DNA of 53,104 nucleotides from a virus (Duplodnaviria; Caudoviricetes), in the IMG/VR virus record IMGVR_UViG_3300031787_000166, positions 1 through 53,104 of that record. One strand, given 5' to 3'. Shown here one piece after another: positions 45,600-53,104 of the stretch. Below the pieces are notes generated by a model. It ran no database searches. It had not been told where the DNA came from and saw only the letters and a list, made by a program, of their open reading frames with translations. A program made the position numbers and the translations under genes. Position 1 is the first letter of the stretch, and every line of letters begins with the position of its first letter.

Positions 45600-47138
45600 T
45601 CAGGCGTGAAGGGCGATGCCGGTGACGTCGCCGGCCGTGACAGCGGAGTTGTTGGTCAGTCCTTGGGCGCCCGTGACCATGATGGTGATGCCCGTCGAGA
45701 ATCCTGCCCCGCCTTCAAGGCTCCATTGCACTGTCCGGCCCGGAGGAATGGCGATCTCGGCCAGCGCGGAGGTCGTGCCCGGAGTGACGGAGGCGGAGAG
45801 GGCGTTGAAGATCTTGATGAAGCGCGCCGCCGCATTCGTGTTGGTGAGGGCGATGCTGAGCAAGCGGCCCGCGCCCGACTTGAGCTGCTGGGCCGCAGGG
45901 GTCGCAGGGCACAACACGTTCGTGAGGGTCGCGGCCCCCGTGGCGTTGGCCCGGTACTGGACACCGACATCGCCGACGGCGGCCGTTCCCGCAACGAGTC
46001 CGACCGTTTGCGAAGCTGCGATCTGGACTTGACCGATGGGGGTCGAGGCCGCGGTCGCGCCCGCAAGCAGGACGCTCGATGCCTGTCCCGCCGCGGTCGA
46101 GCCGCGTCCCGCCGTGATTTCCGCGGTCAGCTCCGCGTAGTCCTGGCAGTTGATGAACTGCATCTGGTAGCTGATGGCCGCAGGAGCCTGACCACGGGCA
46201 GCGCGGCCTGTTCCGGTGACATAGGTGCCGCCGAAGGTGGTGCCTTGGAGCTCAAGGGTGTTCGCGTCCACCACGGTCACGGTGAACACGCCGCGGACGA
46301 CTGCACCGCTGTTGGTGACCCCATTCAGAGACTCCACCCAGAACTTCTCGTTGGTAGATCCACCGTGTCCAGTACAGGTCACGCGGATCACGCCGCCCGT
46401 TCCAGAGACGGCTCCCGTGATCGACCGCCATGTCGAGAAGTTCATCGAACGGACGCGAATCTTGTAGAGCGCGTTCGGATCGGGAATCTGCTGATGCCGG
46501 ACATAGGAGTTCGAGCGACCGACCGTGGCGTTGTCGATCTGCCGCGAGTGGAAGTACGCCTCGTCGCTGAACGGCTCAATCTCAAGGACGGCGAGGCCGT
46601 TGGTCGTCTGGATGGTCGAGGCCGCGCTGACAAGCGGCGCGATGCCTCCGTTCTGGACTTCGTAAGAGGCCAGCGTCAGCGTGGTCGAGACGGCACCACC
46701 GAAGTCCCACCCCACGCGGTGAAGCTCGTTTGGAAGCCCGGTCACGGGATCGACCGACACCAGCTCGACATAGTGGTGCGTGTTCGCCTGACGGGTCGCG
46801 CCCGTGTTGATTCCCGCCATCACGCGGCACGGGATCGTGAAGGTCTCCTTCGACAGCAGCTCCGCGTAGCCGCCCGCCGTCGTTCCCGAGGCGATGGTCA
46901 GCAGACCGCTGGACACAGTGGCCGTGGTTCCGTCCGCGGTCACGACATCCCATTGGTTCGATAGGGGCTGGGTGAAGGAGTCGCGCCACTTCTTCTGGAC
47001 GCTCTTCATCTTCACCATGTCGTCGAACGGGTCGTAGCCGTCGATGCGGTGGACGGGCGTGTGAACTCCACCGCTCTCGACGGTGCGGAGAATCTCCGTC
47101 AAGCCGTTGCCGTCCCTGACTGTCACGTTGTTCGCCAT
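45600..47138 (-). CDS. Putative tail fibre/spike or decoration protein
   Basis: T/G/A/S-rich; ITGA...VTCTGHG (FCCH-like) module; C-terminal LKSGAGRL...TNTNAAARFIKIFN module. Confidence 0.65.
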   Translation of the reverse strand: MANNVTVRDGNGLTEILRTVESGGVHTPVHRIDGYDPFDDMVKMKSVQKKWRDSFTQPLSNQWDVVTADGTTATVSSGLLTIASGTTAGGYAELLSKETFTIPCRVMAGINTGATRQANTHHYVELVSVDPVTGLPNELHRVGWDFGGAVSTTLTLASYEVQNGGIAPLVSAASTIQTTNGLAVLEIEPFSDEAYFHSRQIDNATVGRSNSYVRHQQIPDPNALYKIRVRSMNFSTWRSITGAVSGTGGVIRVTCTGHGGSTNEKFWVESLNGVTNSGAVVRGVFTVTVVDANTLELQGTTFGGTYVTGTGRAARGQAPAAISYQMQFINCQDYAELTAEITAGRGSTAAGQASSVLLAGATAASTPIGQVQIAASQTVGLVAGTAAVGDVGVQYRANATGAATLTNVLCPATPAAQQLKSGAGRLLSIALTNTNAAARFIKIFNALSASVTPGTTSALAEIAIPPGRTVQWSLEGGAGFSTGITIMVTGAQGLTNNSAVTAGDVTGIALHA

Positions 47139-47147
47139 GGTCAGACC

Positions 47148-47306
47148 TCAGAAGAAGAATGGAATGTACATGCTGTTGTCAGAGAGGGAGTAGTCGAGAA
47201 AGTAGAGGTTGGCCGGTGGTCCGCCCTGGCCGCGGCGCGAGGCGGACGTGAGGATTCGGAGCAAGCGATTGTTCGGTGAGATACGAGAGCGACGACTACG
47301 TCCCAT
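47148..47306 (-). CDS. Small protein (52 aa), not in ORF track
   Basis: MGRSRRSR...LDYSLSDNSMYIPFFF; GAGGTG SD. Confidence 0.6.
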   Translation of the reverse strand: MGRSRRSRISPNNRLLRILTSASRRGQGGPPANLYFLDYSLSDNSMYIPFFF

Positions 47307-47309
47307 GAG

Positions 47310-48251
47310 TCACCTCGGAGGCTCTGTCTTGTACGGGTGGCCTACGGGGAGACCGCCCTGCACTCCCCACTTCCATGCGAGGTATCCCTCGATCCTCTCC
47401 CACACAGACTGCGTGGCGGCGTTCGCGTTCCGAACGACGATGAACTCGCCGAAGGTGGTCGCCGAATGAAGAGACGGCGTTCCGCCGTTTCCGTCTGCAC
47501 CTAGGCACAGGCCATGGAGTTGGCCCGCGGTCGCTGAACCGACGGACGAACCAACGGTGGAGCCATACGTCCTCCGTAGGAGCGTCGTAGTCCCGTTGAA
47601 GACAGTTCCGTTGAGCCACAGGCCGCTTGGATGCTTCGGCGTTCCAGCGCCCGAGTAGACGGTGTAGTCCGCTCCGAATGTGTCCAACCCTCCACCCAAC
47701 AATCCACCCACGACCCCGATGATCCCTACCGGGTTCGGATTACCGCCGTACACCCAGTAGTCGAAAGTGTAGGTCTGATTCGTACCGCCAATGCTTCGAT
47801 GGAACCCGCTCCACGGTCTCACGTTGCTTGTCGGGAATCCAGCGAACGGAGGTGGCTTGCAGATGTAGAACACCGCGAACGGCATTGGTTCGCCGTTGGG
47901 GTTCTGCGGCCAACCCGGATAGTTGGCGGGATTCGACCGAAGCGCGTCGTTCGATCCGTCGAACACGATCCCCGGCATCCCGTTCATCGCGGTCGCGTTG
48001 TACTGAGGTTGATTGGCGCTGACAGTCTGCTCAAGATGATTGAGCAACGGAGTCTTGTCACGCCAAGACTCAACAGAGGGAAGTCCTCCAACCGGAGGAA
48101 CCACCGTCGAAGCATGCGTAGCGTCGTACCACGCAAGAAGATCGGACTGAATCCGCAACGGAGTCCAAACAGAAGGGCCCGCGGACGCAACGACCGTAGC
48201 CCTTGTGAGCCTCGACCGGCTTGCAGTCCGCGGGCGCCTTCCCCGGCCCAT
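47310..48251 (-). CDS. LamG/concanavalin-A-like virion adhesin
   Basis: WTP...AWYDA...W.DK....L.Q...NQP...FDGSND; IEGYLAWKWG...LP..HPYK. Confidence 0.75.
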   Translation of the reverse strand: MGRGRRPRTASRSRLTRATVVASAGPSVWTPLRIQSDLLAWYDATHASTVVPPVGGLPSVESWRDKTPLLNHLEQTVSANQPQYNATAMNGMPGIVFDGSNDALRSNPANYPGWPQNPNGEPMPFAVFYICKPPPFAGFPTSNVRPWSGFHRSIGGTNQTYTFDYWVYGGNPNPVGIIGVVGGLLGGGLDTFGADYTVYSGAGTPKHPSGLWLNGTVFNGTTTLLRRTYGSTVGSSVGSATAGQLHGLCLGADGNGGTPSLHSATTFGEFIVVRNANAATQSVWERIEGYLAWKWGVQGGLPVGHPYKTEPPR

Positions 48252-48358
48252 TACTTGCAGCCCTTGCCCTTCCCCTTGGCCTTGCCCTTCGGCATCGACT
48301 TTGCGGGAGTTGCGGGCTTGCCGTACAGGAACGCGGGCTTCTTGCCTTCCTTCTTCAT
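48251..48358 (-). CDS. Tiny Lys-rich protein (start uncertain)
   Basis: MKKEGKKPAFL...KGKAKGKGKGCK; TAATG coupling. Confidence 0.45.
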   Translation of the reverse strand: MKKEGKKPAFLYGKPATPAKSMPKGKAKGKGKGCK

Positions 48359-48413
48359 CTCTGACTCGCTTTCCGGGCCTCTGCGGCCCATAGGTGACAG
48401 TTCGATCATACCG

Positions 48414-48638
48414 TCAACTCTTGCGCAGCGAGTCGGGAAGGAGCACCTCAATCTTGATTTTGATGCCGGCTTCCTTCTCCTCAGAACCGCACTCCTCGCA
48501 CTCGCCCTCCTCGTCAAGCTCTTCGCCGCAGCCCGGGCACTTCTTGGGGCGCTGCTTCGACGGCTTGCCTGGCTTCTTCAGCAGGCCTGGAGGCGGCATC
48601 ATCTCAAGCGATTCAGATCGACGGTTCGCGAGGCTCAT
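48414..48638 (-). CDS. Small Zn-ribbon/acidic protein
   Basis: CPGC...CEEC. Confidence 0.6.
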   Translation of the reverse strand: MSLANRRSESLEMMPPPGLLKKPGKPSKQRPKKCPGCGEELDEEGECEECGSEEKEAGIKIKIEVLLPDSLRKS

Positions 48639-48887
48639 TCAGCACTTCCATGCCCGGAGGCTCTTGTTGATGCGGGAGTTCGGATCGGACGCGGTCTTCT
48701 TGGACGTGAGCTTCTTCTTCATGCCCTGCATCCGGGCGCAGAAGCTGTCGCGCCTAGGTCCGCCCTCCGGCTGCGGCGCCTTGAGGTTCGAGCCCGTGGC
48801 TCGGTTGTAGGCGGAGCGGCCCGCCGCGTTGAGACCCCCACTGGGATCGCGGTGCTCGGCCTTGAAGTCGAAGCGCTTCTTCGCCAT
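48639..48887 (-). CDS. DUF6321-like small basic protein
   Basis: GGLNAAGR..YN..TGSNLKAP...SFCARM...DPNSRINKSLRAWKC. Confidence 0.8.
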   Translation of the reverse strand: MAKKRFDFKAEHRDPSGGLNAAGRSAYNRATGSNLKAPQPEGGPRRDSFCARMQGMKKKLTSKKTASDPNSRINKSLRAWKC

Positions 48888-49018
48888 CAGCGGCTCCGCT
48901 TCTTCGGCGCCTTCTTGGGGAGGGCCTTGATGGACGGCGTCTTCTTGGCCCACTTGCGGGCGGTCTCGGGCATCGTCGCGAACATGTAGCGGGCCTGGGC
49001 CTTGCTCTTGAACGGCAT
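48887..49018 (-). CDS. Small basic phage protein (43 aa), not in ORF track
   Basis: MPFKSKAQARYMFA..PETARKW; AGGAG SD. Confidence 0.75.
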   Translation of the reverse strand: MPFKSKAQARYMFATMPETARKWAKKTPSIKALPKKAPKKRSR

Positions 49019-49029
49019 GTCAGGACTCC

Positions 49030-49596
49030 TTAGAACTCGTCTTCCTCAAGCGTTCGGCGGGTGACGTGCCTGGTTCGATTCAACTTCCTTCCCCGAGCCG
49101 CAGCCTCTCGATCCAGCTTTCTCTGATAGGCCAGGTCCATGTCGTCCATCTCCCTGGTTCCTAGCGAACGCCTAGGGCCCCCGAGGGTTGCGCCGAACGA
49201 TCCATCGGGCCTCTGCCAGATGCCGGCTTCCCGGGAAGTGATCTTGCCTCGCTTTGAAGTCTGCCGGGTATAGCCTGTTTCACGAGGTTCAGACCGCGGT
49301 TTACCCAGTCGACCCAGAAACTTCTCTTCGTCGGATTCGTACTTGGCTGTCTTCTGCGAGGCCTTCTTGACGAACGATTCCTGCTTCAACGCCTTGTGCA
49401 GGTTCGCGGGGATCACGACCTTTCCCTCCGGCACGGCCTTGCCCGTCTGCTTCCGGTAGTAGTCCGCGATCTTGCCTCGGTTCTTCTGGTAGCTGCCCAT
49501 CATGCGTTCGACGTCCGGTCCAAAGCCGGAACCCTTGCGGATTCCGCGGACAAGATCCGTGAACATCTCTCGGGCGATGACGACGAACTTGGCCAT
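49030..49596 (-). CDS. Basic hypothetical protein
   Basis: 188 aa; K/R-rich. Confidence 0.65.
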   Translation of the reverse strand: MAKFVVIAREMFTDLVRGIRKGSGFGPDVERMMGSYQKNRGKIADYYRKQTGKAVPEGKVVIPANLHKALKQESFVKKASQKTAKYESDEEKFLGRLGKPRSEPRETGYTRQTSKRGKITSREAGIWQRPDGSFGATLGGPRRSLGTREMDDMDLAYQRKLDREAAARGRKLNRTRHVTRRTLEEDEF

Positions 49597-49597
49597 G

Positions 49598-50071
49598 TCA
49601 GGGTTCCTCGTGGCAGTGGGGGTTCAGGAGGCCGAGCATGCGGCGGCCGGCGTCCTTGAGTTCTTCGGCGGTGCGGGCCTCGAGCTCGACGCCGTCCATG
49701 ATGCGCACCTTGTTGATCTCCTCGACAAGCATCGGAAGATTCTGCTGGATGTACTCGAGGGACAGCTTGTTCGTGAGGTGCTTTCCGCGGCGGCCGCCGA
49801 GGAGCGAGGCAGAGCCGGGCGCGAGGAAGTCCTTCTGCCCGAAGCGCGTCGCGGCCCACAGGCCGATGCGGAACATGTGGATGTTGACGAGCCAGTCGTC
49901 GCCGATCTGGAGGAGCGGCACGTGGATGCTGCGGCAGAAGCGCCGGAACGAGAGAGGATTCATCCCGAGCTCGGAGCAGAAGCGGGACTCGTGCACCCAG
50001 CGCAGGCCGCCGCCCACCGAGAAGGAGAAGGCCTTGTCGCGCGGACGCTTCTTGTAGCCTGGTCTGGTCAT
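49598..50071 (-). CDS. Hypothetical protein, possibly DNA-binding
   Basis: FCSELGMNPLSFRRFC HTH-like stretch. Confidence 0.65.
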   Translation of the reverse strand: MTRPGYKKRPRDKAFSFSVGGGLRWVHESRFCSELGMNPLSFRRFCRSIHVPLLQIGDDWLVNIHMFRIGLWAATRFGQKDFLAPGSASLLGGRRGKHLTNKLSLEYIQQNLPMLVEEINKVRIMDGVELEARTAEELKDAGRRMLGLLNPHCHEEP

Positions 50072-51189
50072 CGGGATCCGTAGCGTAGCGGAGGCACGAA
50101 GTTCGCGAGGTCCATGAGCTGGCGCTGCGGGGTCTGGCGGAGCGAGCGGCGCGCGGAGCCGATCGGGTCGGCCGGATCGCGGCGCGACGAGTCCCAGAGG
50201 CCGGGATCGTTCGTGGGGTTGCGCGCGACGTCGTCCGCGAGCATCTGCTCGTAGAGCGCGTCGGTGCGCTTCTTCTCCTCGGCGAGGCGCATCTGCCGGC
50301 CGTAGTCGGTGGCCTCGAGGTTGAGTTCGCCAGTGGGGGTGAGAACACCTGCGTCGCGAAGCCGGCCTTCGGGCGTTTCGTTCGTGAAGCGCCGCGGGTC
50401 CTGGTAGACGAAGGGTGCGGCAGGTTCCCGGGGACGGGGAGGGGCGCTAGGCGTGGCAGCCTGGCCGTCGACGTAGACAGGGGATTCGCCGGGGTTCAGG
50501 TAGAACTTGCGGCCTTCGGGCGTTTCGCCGTAGAGAGTGTCTTCGCCGACAAGATTGAGCTGGCTGTATGTGAGGTTGAAGCCTGGGGGTACACCGATGT
50601 AGTCTCCGTCCGTCCTGGGCTCGCGGGGCTTGACAAGTGGGTTGGTTCGTGTAGACTGAGGGGGCGCTGCACGGGATGGACCGGTTGCCAGGGCCCCGGC
50701 TGTGTTGGCTTGGGCCCTGGCCATCCGGGATTCCCGACGCGCCCTGGTATCGGCGAACCGTTCGTAGACCTGCTCGCGGGCCTGCTCGTTCCTTTCGGCC
50801 GTGCGAGTTTCGGCGTCGATACCGGCCAAGGTGTTCCTGAGCCTTTCGTCAGCGCGGCGACGGCTCAGCGGGTTGACTTGATACCCTTGGGATTCGCGCT
50901 GCATGAAGCCGGCGAGTTCGGCTTGATGCGCCTCGCGCGCGGCGACACGACGAAGATCGAAACTAGACGAAGAAGCAGCGACAGGAGCAGGAGCGTAGGG
51001 CTTTGCCCGTCCGGAAGGCGGGGACGTGGTCCCTGCGGATCCGGGCGGTTGCGTCTGTTCCTTTGGTTCGTCCGGCTTCGACGTGTACATAAAGGAAGCT
51101 GGAGCTTGGTCGGCTGCCTTTCGCTTGTCGATGAGTTCCTCTAGGAACGGGTCTGCGCTTGCGAAGCTGTAGTTCGTTGACTTGTACAT
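50068..51189 (-). CDS. Hypothetical Pro/Ala/Arg-rich protein, first gene of - arm
   Basis: GGAG SD before MYKSTNY. Confidence 0.65.
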   Translation of the reverse strand: MYKSTNYSFASADPFLEELIDKRKAADQAPASFMYTSKPDEPKEQTQPPGSAGTTSPPSGRAKPYAPAPVAASSSSFDLRRVAAREAHQAELAGFMQRESQGYQVNPLSRRRADERLRNTLAGIDAETRTAERNEQAREQVYERFADTRARRESRMARAQANTAGALATGPSRAAPPQSTRTNPLVKPREPRTDGDYIGVPPGFNLTYSQLNLVGEDTLYGETPEGRKFYLNPGESPVYVDGQAATPSAPPRPREPAAPFVYQDPRRFTNETPEGRLRDAGVLTPTGELNLEATDYGRQMRLAEEKKRTDALYEQMLADDVARNPTNDPGLWDSSRRDPADPIGSARRSLRQTPQRQLMDLANFVPPLRYGSR

Positions 51190-51216
51190 GAAGTTCTCCG
51201 GCGCGTGGCGCCAGTA

Positions 51217-51245
51217 AGGATAATCAGATGACGCTCGGTACACAA
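51217..51245 (-). promoter_or_regulatory. Candidate sigma70-type promoter for the leftward operon
   Basis: TTGTGT-N17-TATCCT in the AT-rich divergent gap. Confidence 0.35.
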
Positions 51246-51272
51246 CAAAACCCTTTGCGCACAACGGAGCCG

Positions 51273-52655
51273 ATGAAGGTGGCCCGGGCGATGCTCAAGG
51301 TGTGCTTCGAGGACGGGATGGGGCTCAAGGAGGTGCAGGGCCGGCTGTTCGAGTGGTACGGCGGCAGGTGGGTGCAGAGGGACGTGCAGTGGCTGGAGGA
51401 CGCGGTGTGGCGCTGGACCGAGGACTTGCACGTGAGCGACGACCCGAACGGGCTCGTCGTGGAGAGGTATCAGACGAACGAGCACAAGGTGAACGGGGTC
51501 GTGAGGGCTCTTCAGGCCTTGTGCCGCGTGGCTGCGACGGAGGTGCCCCAGTGGCTGGACGCGGGCGCGCGGGGACAGGTGGAGGACCCCCACTGCTGCA
51601 TTGCGTTTCGGGACGTCGTGGTGGACGTGAAGGCCAGCGCGCGCGTGGGGGCGATGGTGTGCGTCCCCCGGGGACCGGAGTGGTTTGATCCGTGCGTCAT
51701 GGACGTGGACTTGGATTCGGACGCCGAGTGCCCGCGGTGGATGCGGTGCCTCGAGGAATGGAGCGGCGGGGACGCCGCGTGGAAGGAGCTGCTGCAGCGG
51801 TGGATGGGGTACTCGCTGATGAGCCACCGGAGGTACGCGAAGTGGATGCTGTTCCACGGGAAGGTGCGCGCTGGCAAGGGCACGATCGGGACGGTGATGC
51901 GGTGGCTCTTGGGCGGAACCGGATTCGTGGGCACCAGTCTTGACGAGCTGGCGGGGAGTTTCGGGCTCGACGGGCTTGAGTTCTCGAGGGTGCTGTGCGT
52001 GAGCGAGGTGAGCGAGCTCGATGGGCGCGAGGGCGAGGTCGCGGTGCGGGTCCTGAAGAACGTGCTGGGCCGCGACCCGATCAGCATCAACGCGAAGTAC
52101 CGGCGGCAAGTCAGGAACGTGGTCGTGAATGCGGCGCCGTGGGTCCAAGCGAACGAGATCCCTCAGTTGCCGAACAAGGGGCGCGGGCTGAGCACGAAGA
52201 TGCTGGTGCTGCCGTTCGAGCGGAGCTTCGAGGGCAAGGAGCAGCACGACCTGATGGACGTGCTGAAGGGCGAGTTGGCCGGGATCGCGGCGTGGGCGCT
52301 CCGGGGCGCCATGAAGCTGGAGGCCGCGGAGGACGGCGACAAGTTTCCCCCCACTGGAAGCGGTGTGCGGGTCGTGCGCGACTACCACCTGACGAACAAC
52401 CCGTTCGACTACTTCCTTGAGGCGCGGTTCGTCCGGAACAAGCAGGGGTTCGTGGCCAACGAGCTCGTGAGGCGCGAGTGGAAGGACTGGTGCAGGGTCA
52501 ATAACGTGAAGATGCACGTCGCGGACAACCAACTTGTCAGGCGCCTGACGAGCGAAAGCAGCTGGGATCTGTGCAAGATCAGGAAAGGTGGCGAAGGTAC
52601 GCGCGGGATCGGGGGTCTTTCGCTGAAGATGGACAAAGACGACGAAGTGGACTGA
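51273..52655 (+). CDS. D5/P4-type SF3 helicase with no primase domain
   Basis: IAFRD D5_N-like region; CPRW..CL; LQRWMGYSL; GKVRAGKGT; CVSE; ANEIP; winged-helix C-terminus. Confidence 0.88.
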   Translation: MKVARAMLKVCFEDGMGLKEVQGRLFEWYGGRWVQRDVQWLEDAVWRWTEDLHVSDDPNGLVVERYQTNEHKVNGVVRALQALCRVAATEVPQWLDAGARGQVEDPHCCIAFRDVVVDVKASARVGAMVCVPRGPEWFDPCVMDVDLDSDAECPRWMRCLEEWSGGDAAWKELLQRWMGYSLMSHRRYAKWMLFHGKVRAGKGTIGTVMRWLLGGTGFVGTSLDELAGSFGLDGLEFSRVLCVSEVSELDGREGEVAVRVLKNVLGRDPISINAKYRRQVRNVVVNAAPWVQANEIPQLPNKGRGLSTKMLVLPFERSFEGKEQHDLMDVLKGELAGIAAWALRGAMKLEAAEDGDKFPPTGSGVRVVRDYHLTNNPFDYFLEARFVRNKQGFVANELVRREWKDWCRVNNVKMHVADNQLVRRLTSESSWDLCKIRKGGEGTRGIGGLSLKMDKDDEVD

Positions 52656-52860
52656 TCCGGGAGGGACTGACAGGTTTTCGCCACAACCTTTTCTCCCTAT
52701 ATGCTTTTTATACCCCCCTTCTTTCTTCTTTTCTCTTGTCAGAGTTGTCAGAGAGAAGAGAGAGAGGGGGAGTAAAGGGGATCCGGAAACGGGGACGCCC
52801 TGTTTATGGGACGGAGTGGGGCAGGCAGGGTTGACTTTTGTTGTCGGGAAACTGGCAGCG
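52656..52860. other. Candidate replication origin / genome-end region
   Basis: Non-coding; pyrimidine tract then complementary purine tract; TGTCAG/CTGACA repeats; adjacent to helicase. Confidence 0.45.
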
Positions 52861-53104
52861 AAATCTCAGACAAATGGGGGCTTTCCCCCAACGATGCGGA
52901 AGCCGCCGAGGGGGCTTGCCGGGGGGTGGCCGCGCAGGGGGGCGCGAGTCGCCGTGGTAAGTAGCCGATGACCCCCGTAAGTGCCGTGTTTACAAGGGTT
53001 TACGTTTGAGATAAGCGTGAGGGTGTTGGCTCCAACGGTGAGCCACGTTCTATCCTCTCACAAGGAGACAGTCATGTCGTTCAGCAAGGTTCAGTCGGCT
53101 GCCA
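52857..53104. repeat. Right copy of terminal direct repeat
   Basis: Matches 1-248; ends inside the start of the first gene. Confidence 0.97.

Larger units (their letters stand above)
1193..52356. repeat. Dispersed 9-mer CCCCCACTG / CAGTGGGGG, 35 copies
   Basis: + copies start at 5173, 6845, 9492, 10566, 11972, 14100, 14922, 17623, 17944, 19916, 20032, 21328, 25022, 26057, 28409, 31325, 34741, 38754, 41245, 43402, 48835, 51587, 52348. - copies start at 1193, 10533, 12197, 15848, 22166, 28795, 30852, 35608, 39817, 41355, 49614, 50331. Manual count. Confidence 0.95.

Noticed and set aside
18239-49000. Long + strand ORFs opposite the structural genes (e.g. 19421-22060, 23032-25839, 35834-38227, 38687-41209)
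   Set aside because: Antisense shadows expected in high-GC DNA; no motifs and composition mirrors the real - strand genes.
1193-52356. CCCCCACTG as a repressor 'stoperator', CRISPR repeat or peptide-driven repeat
   Set aside because: Not oriented with transcription and no integrase or repressor seen; not regularly spaced or long enough for CRISPR; occurs in all six frames so it is not a protein motif.
1193-52356. Resemblance of CCCCCACTGG to the eukaryotic CTCF core
   Set aside because: Imperfect match and the genome is clearly a bacteriophage; treated as coincidence.
1-53104. tRNA, rRNA, IS elements, introns or inteins
   Set aside because: No convincing cloverleaf, transposase, homing endonuclease or intein motifs seen by eye; tRNAscan and Infernal were not run.

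Overview
The window looks like a complete dsDNA tailed-phage genome with a unit length of about 52,856 bp and high GC. Positions 1-248 recur at 52857-53104 with 2 mismatches. The morphology is probably podovirus-like: portal, scaffold, capsid, adaptor, nozzle and large ejection-type proteins are present, with no tape measure and no integrase or repressor. The + strand arm (218-18242, plus an SF3 helicase at 51273-52655) holds small early genes (DUF7007, DUF932, GP88-like), a family-4 UDG domain overlapping a family A DNA polymerase, an ERCC4 nuclease, a holin/spanin-like cassette with no recognisable endolysin, a sigma-like factor, and a PD-(D/E)XK exonuclease, AAA_24 ATPase and SSB-like module. 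The - strand arm (18239-51189) holds packaging and virion genes, including an extremely Cys-rich tail module. The most striking unexplained signal is the non-palindromic 9-mer CCCCCACTG. I counted 35 exact copies by eye against roughly 1-2 expected. They are spread genome-wide on both strands, mostly inside genes and in all six reading frames. Other leads are a likely UDG-PolA fusion broken by a +1 frame change, gene cassettes bounded by junction direct repeats, early hairpins sharing a loop sequence, a helicase with no visible primase, and a dual-coding stretch at the portal 5' end. All family assignments are motif recognition by eye, not database searches.
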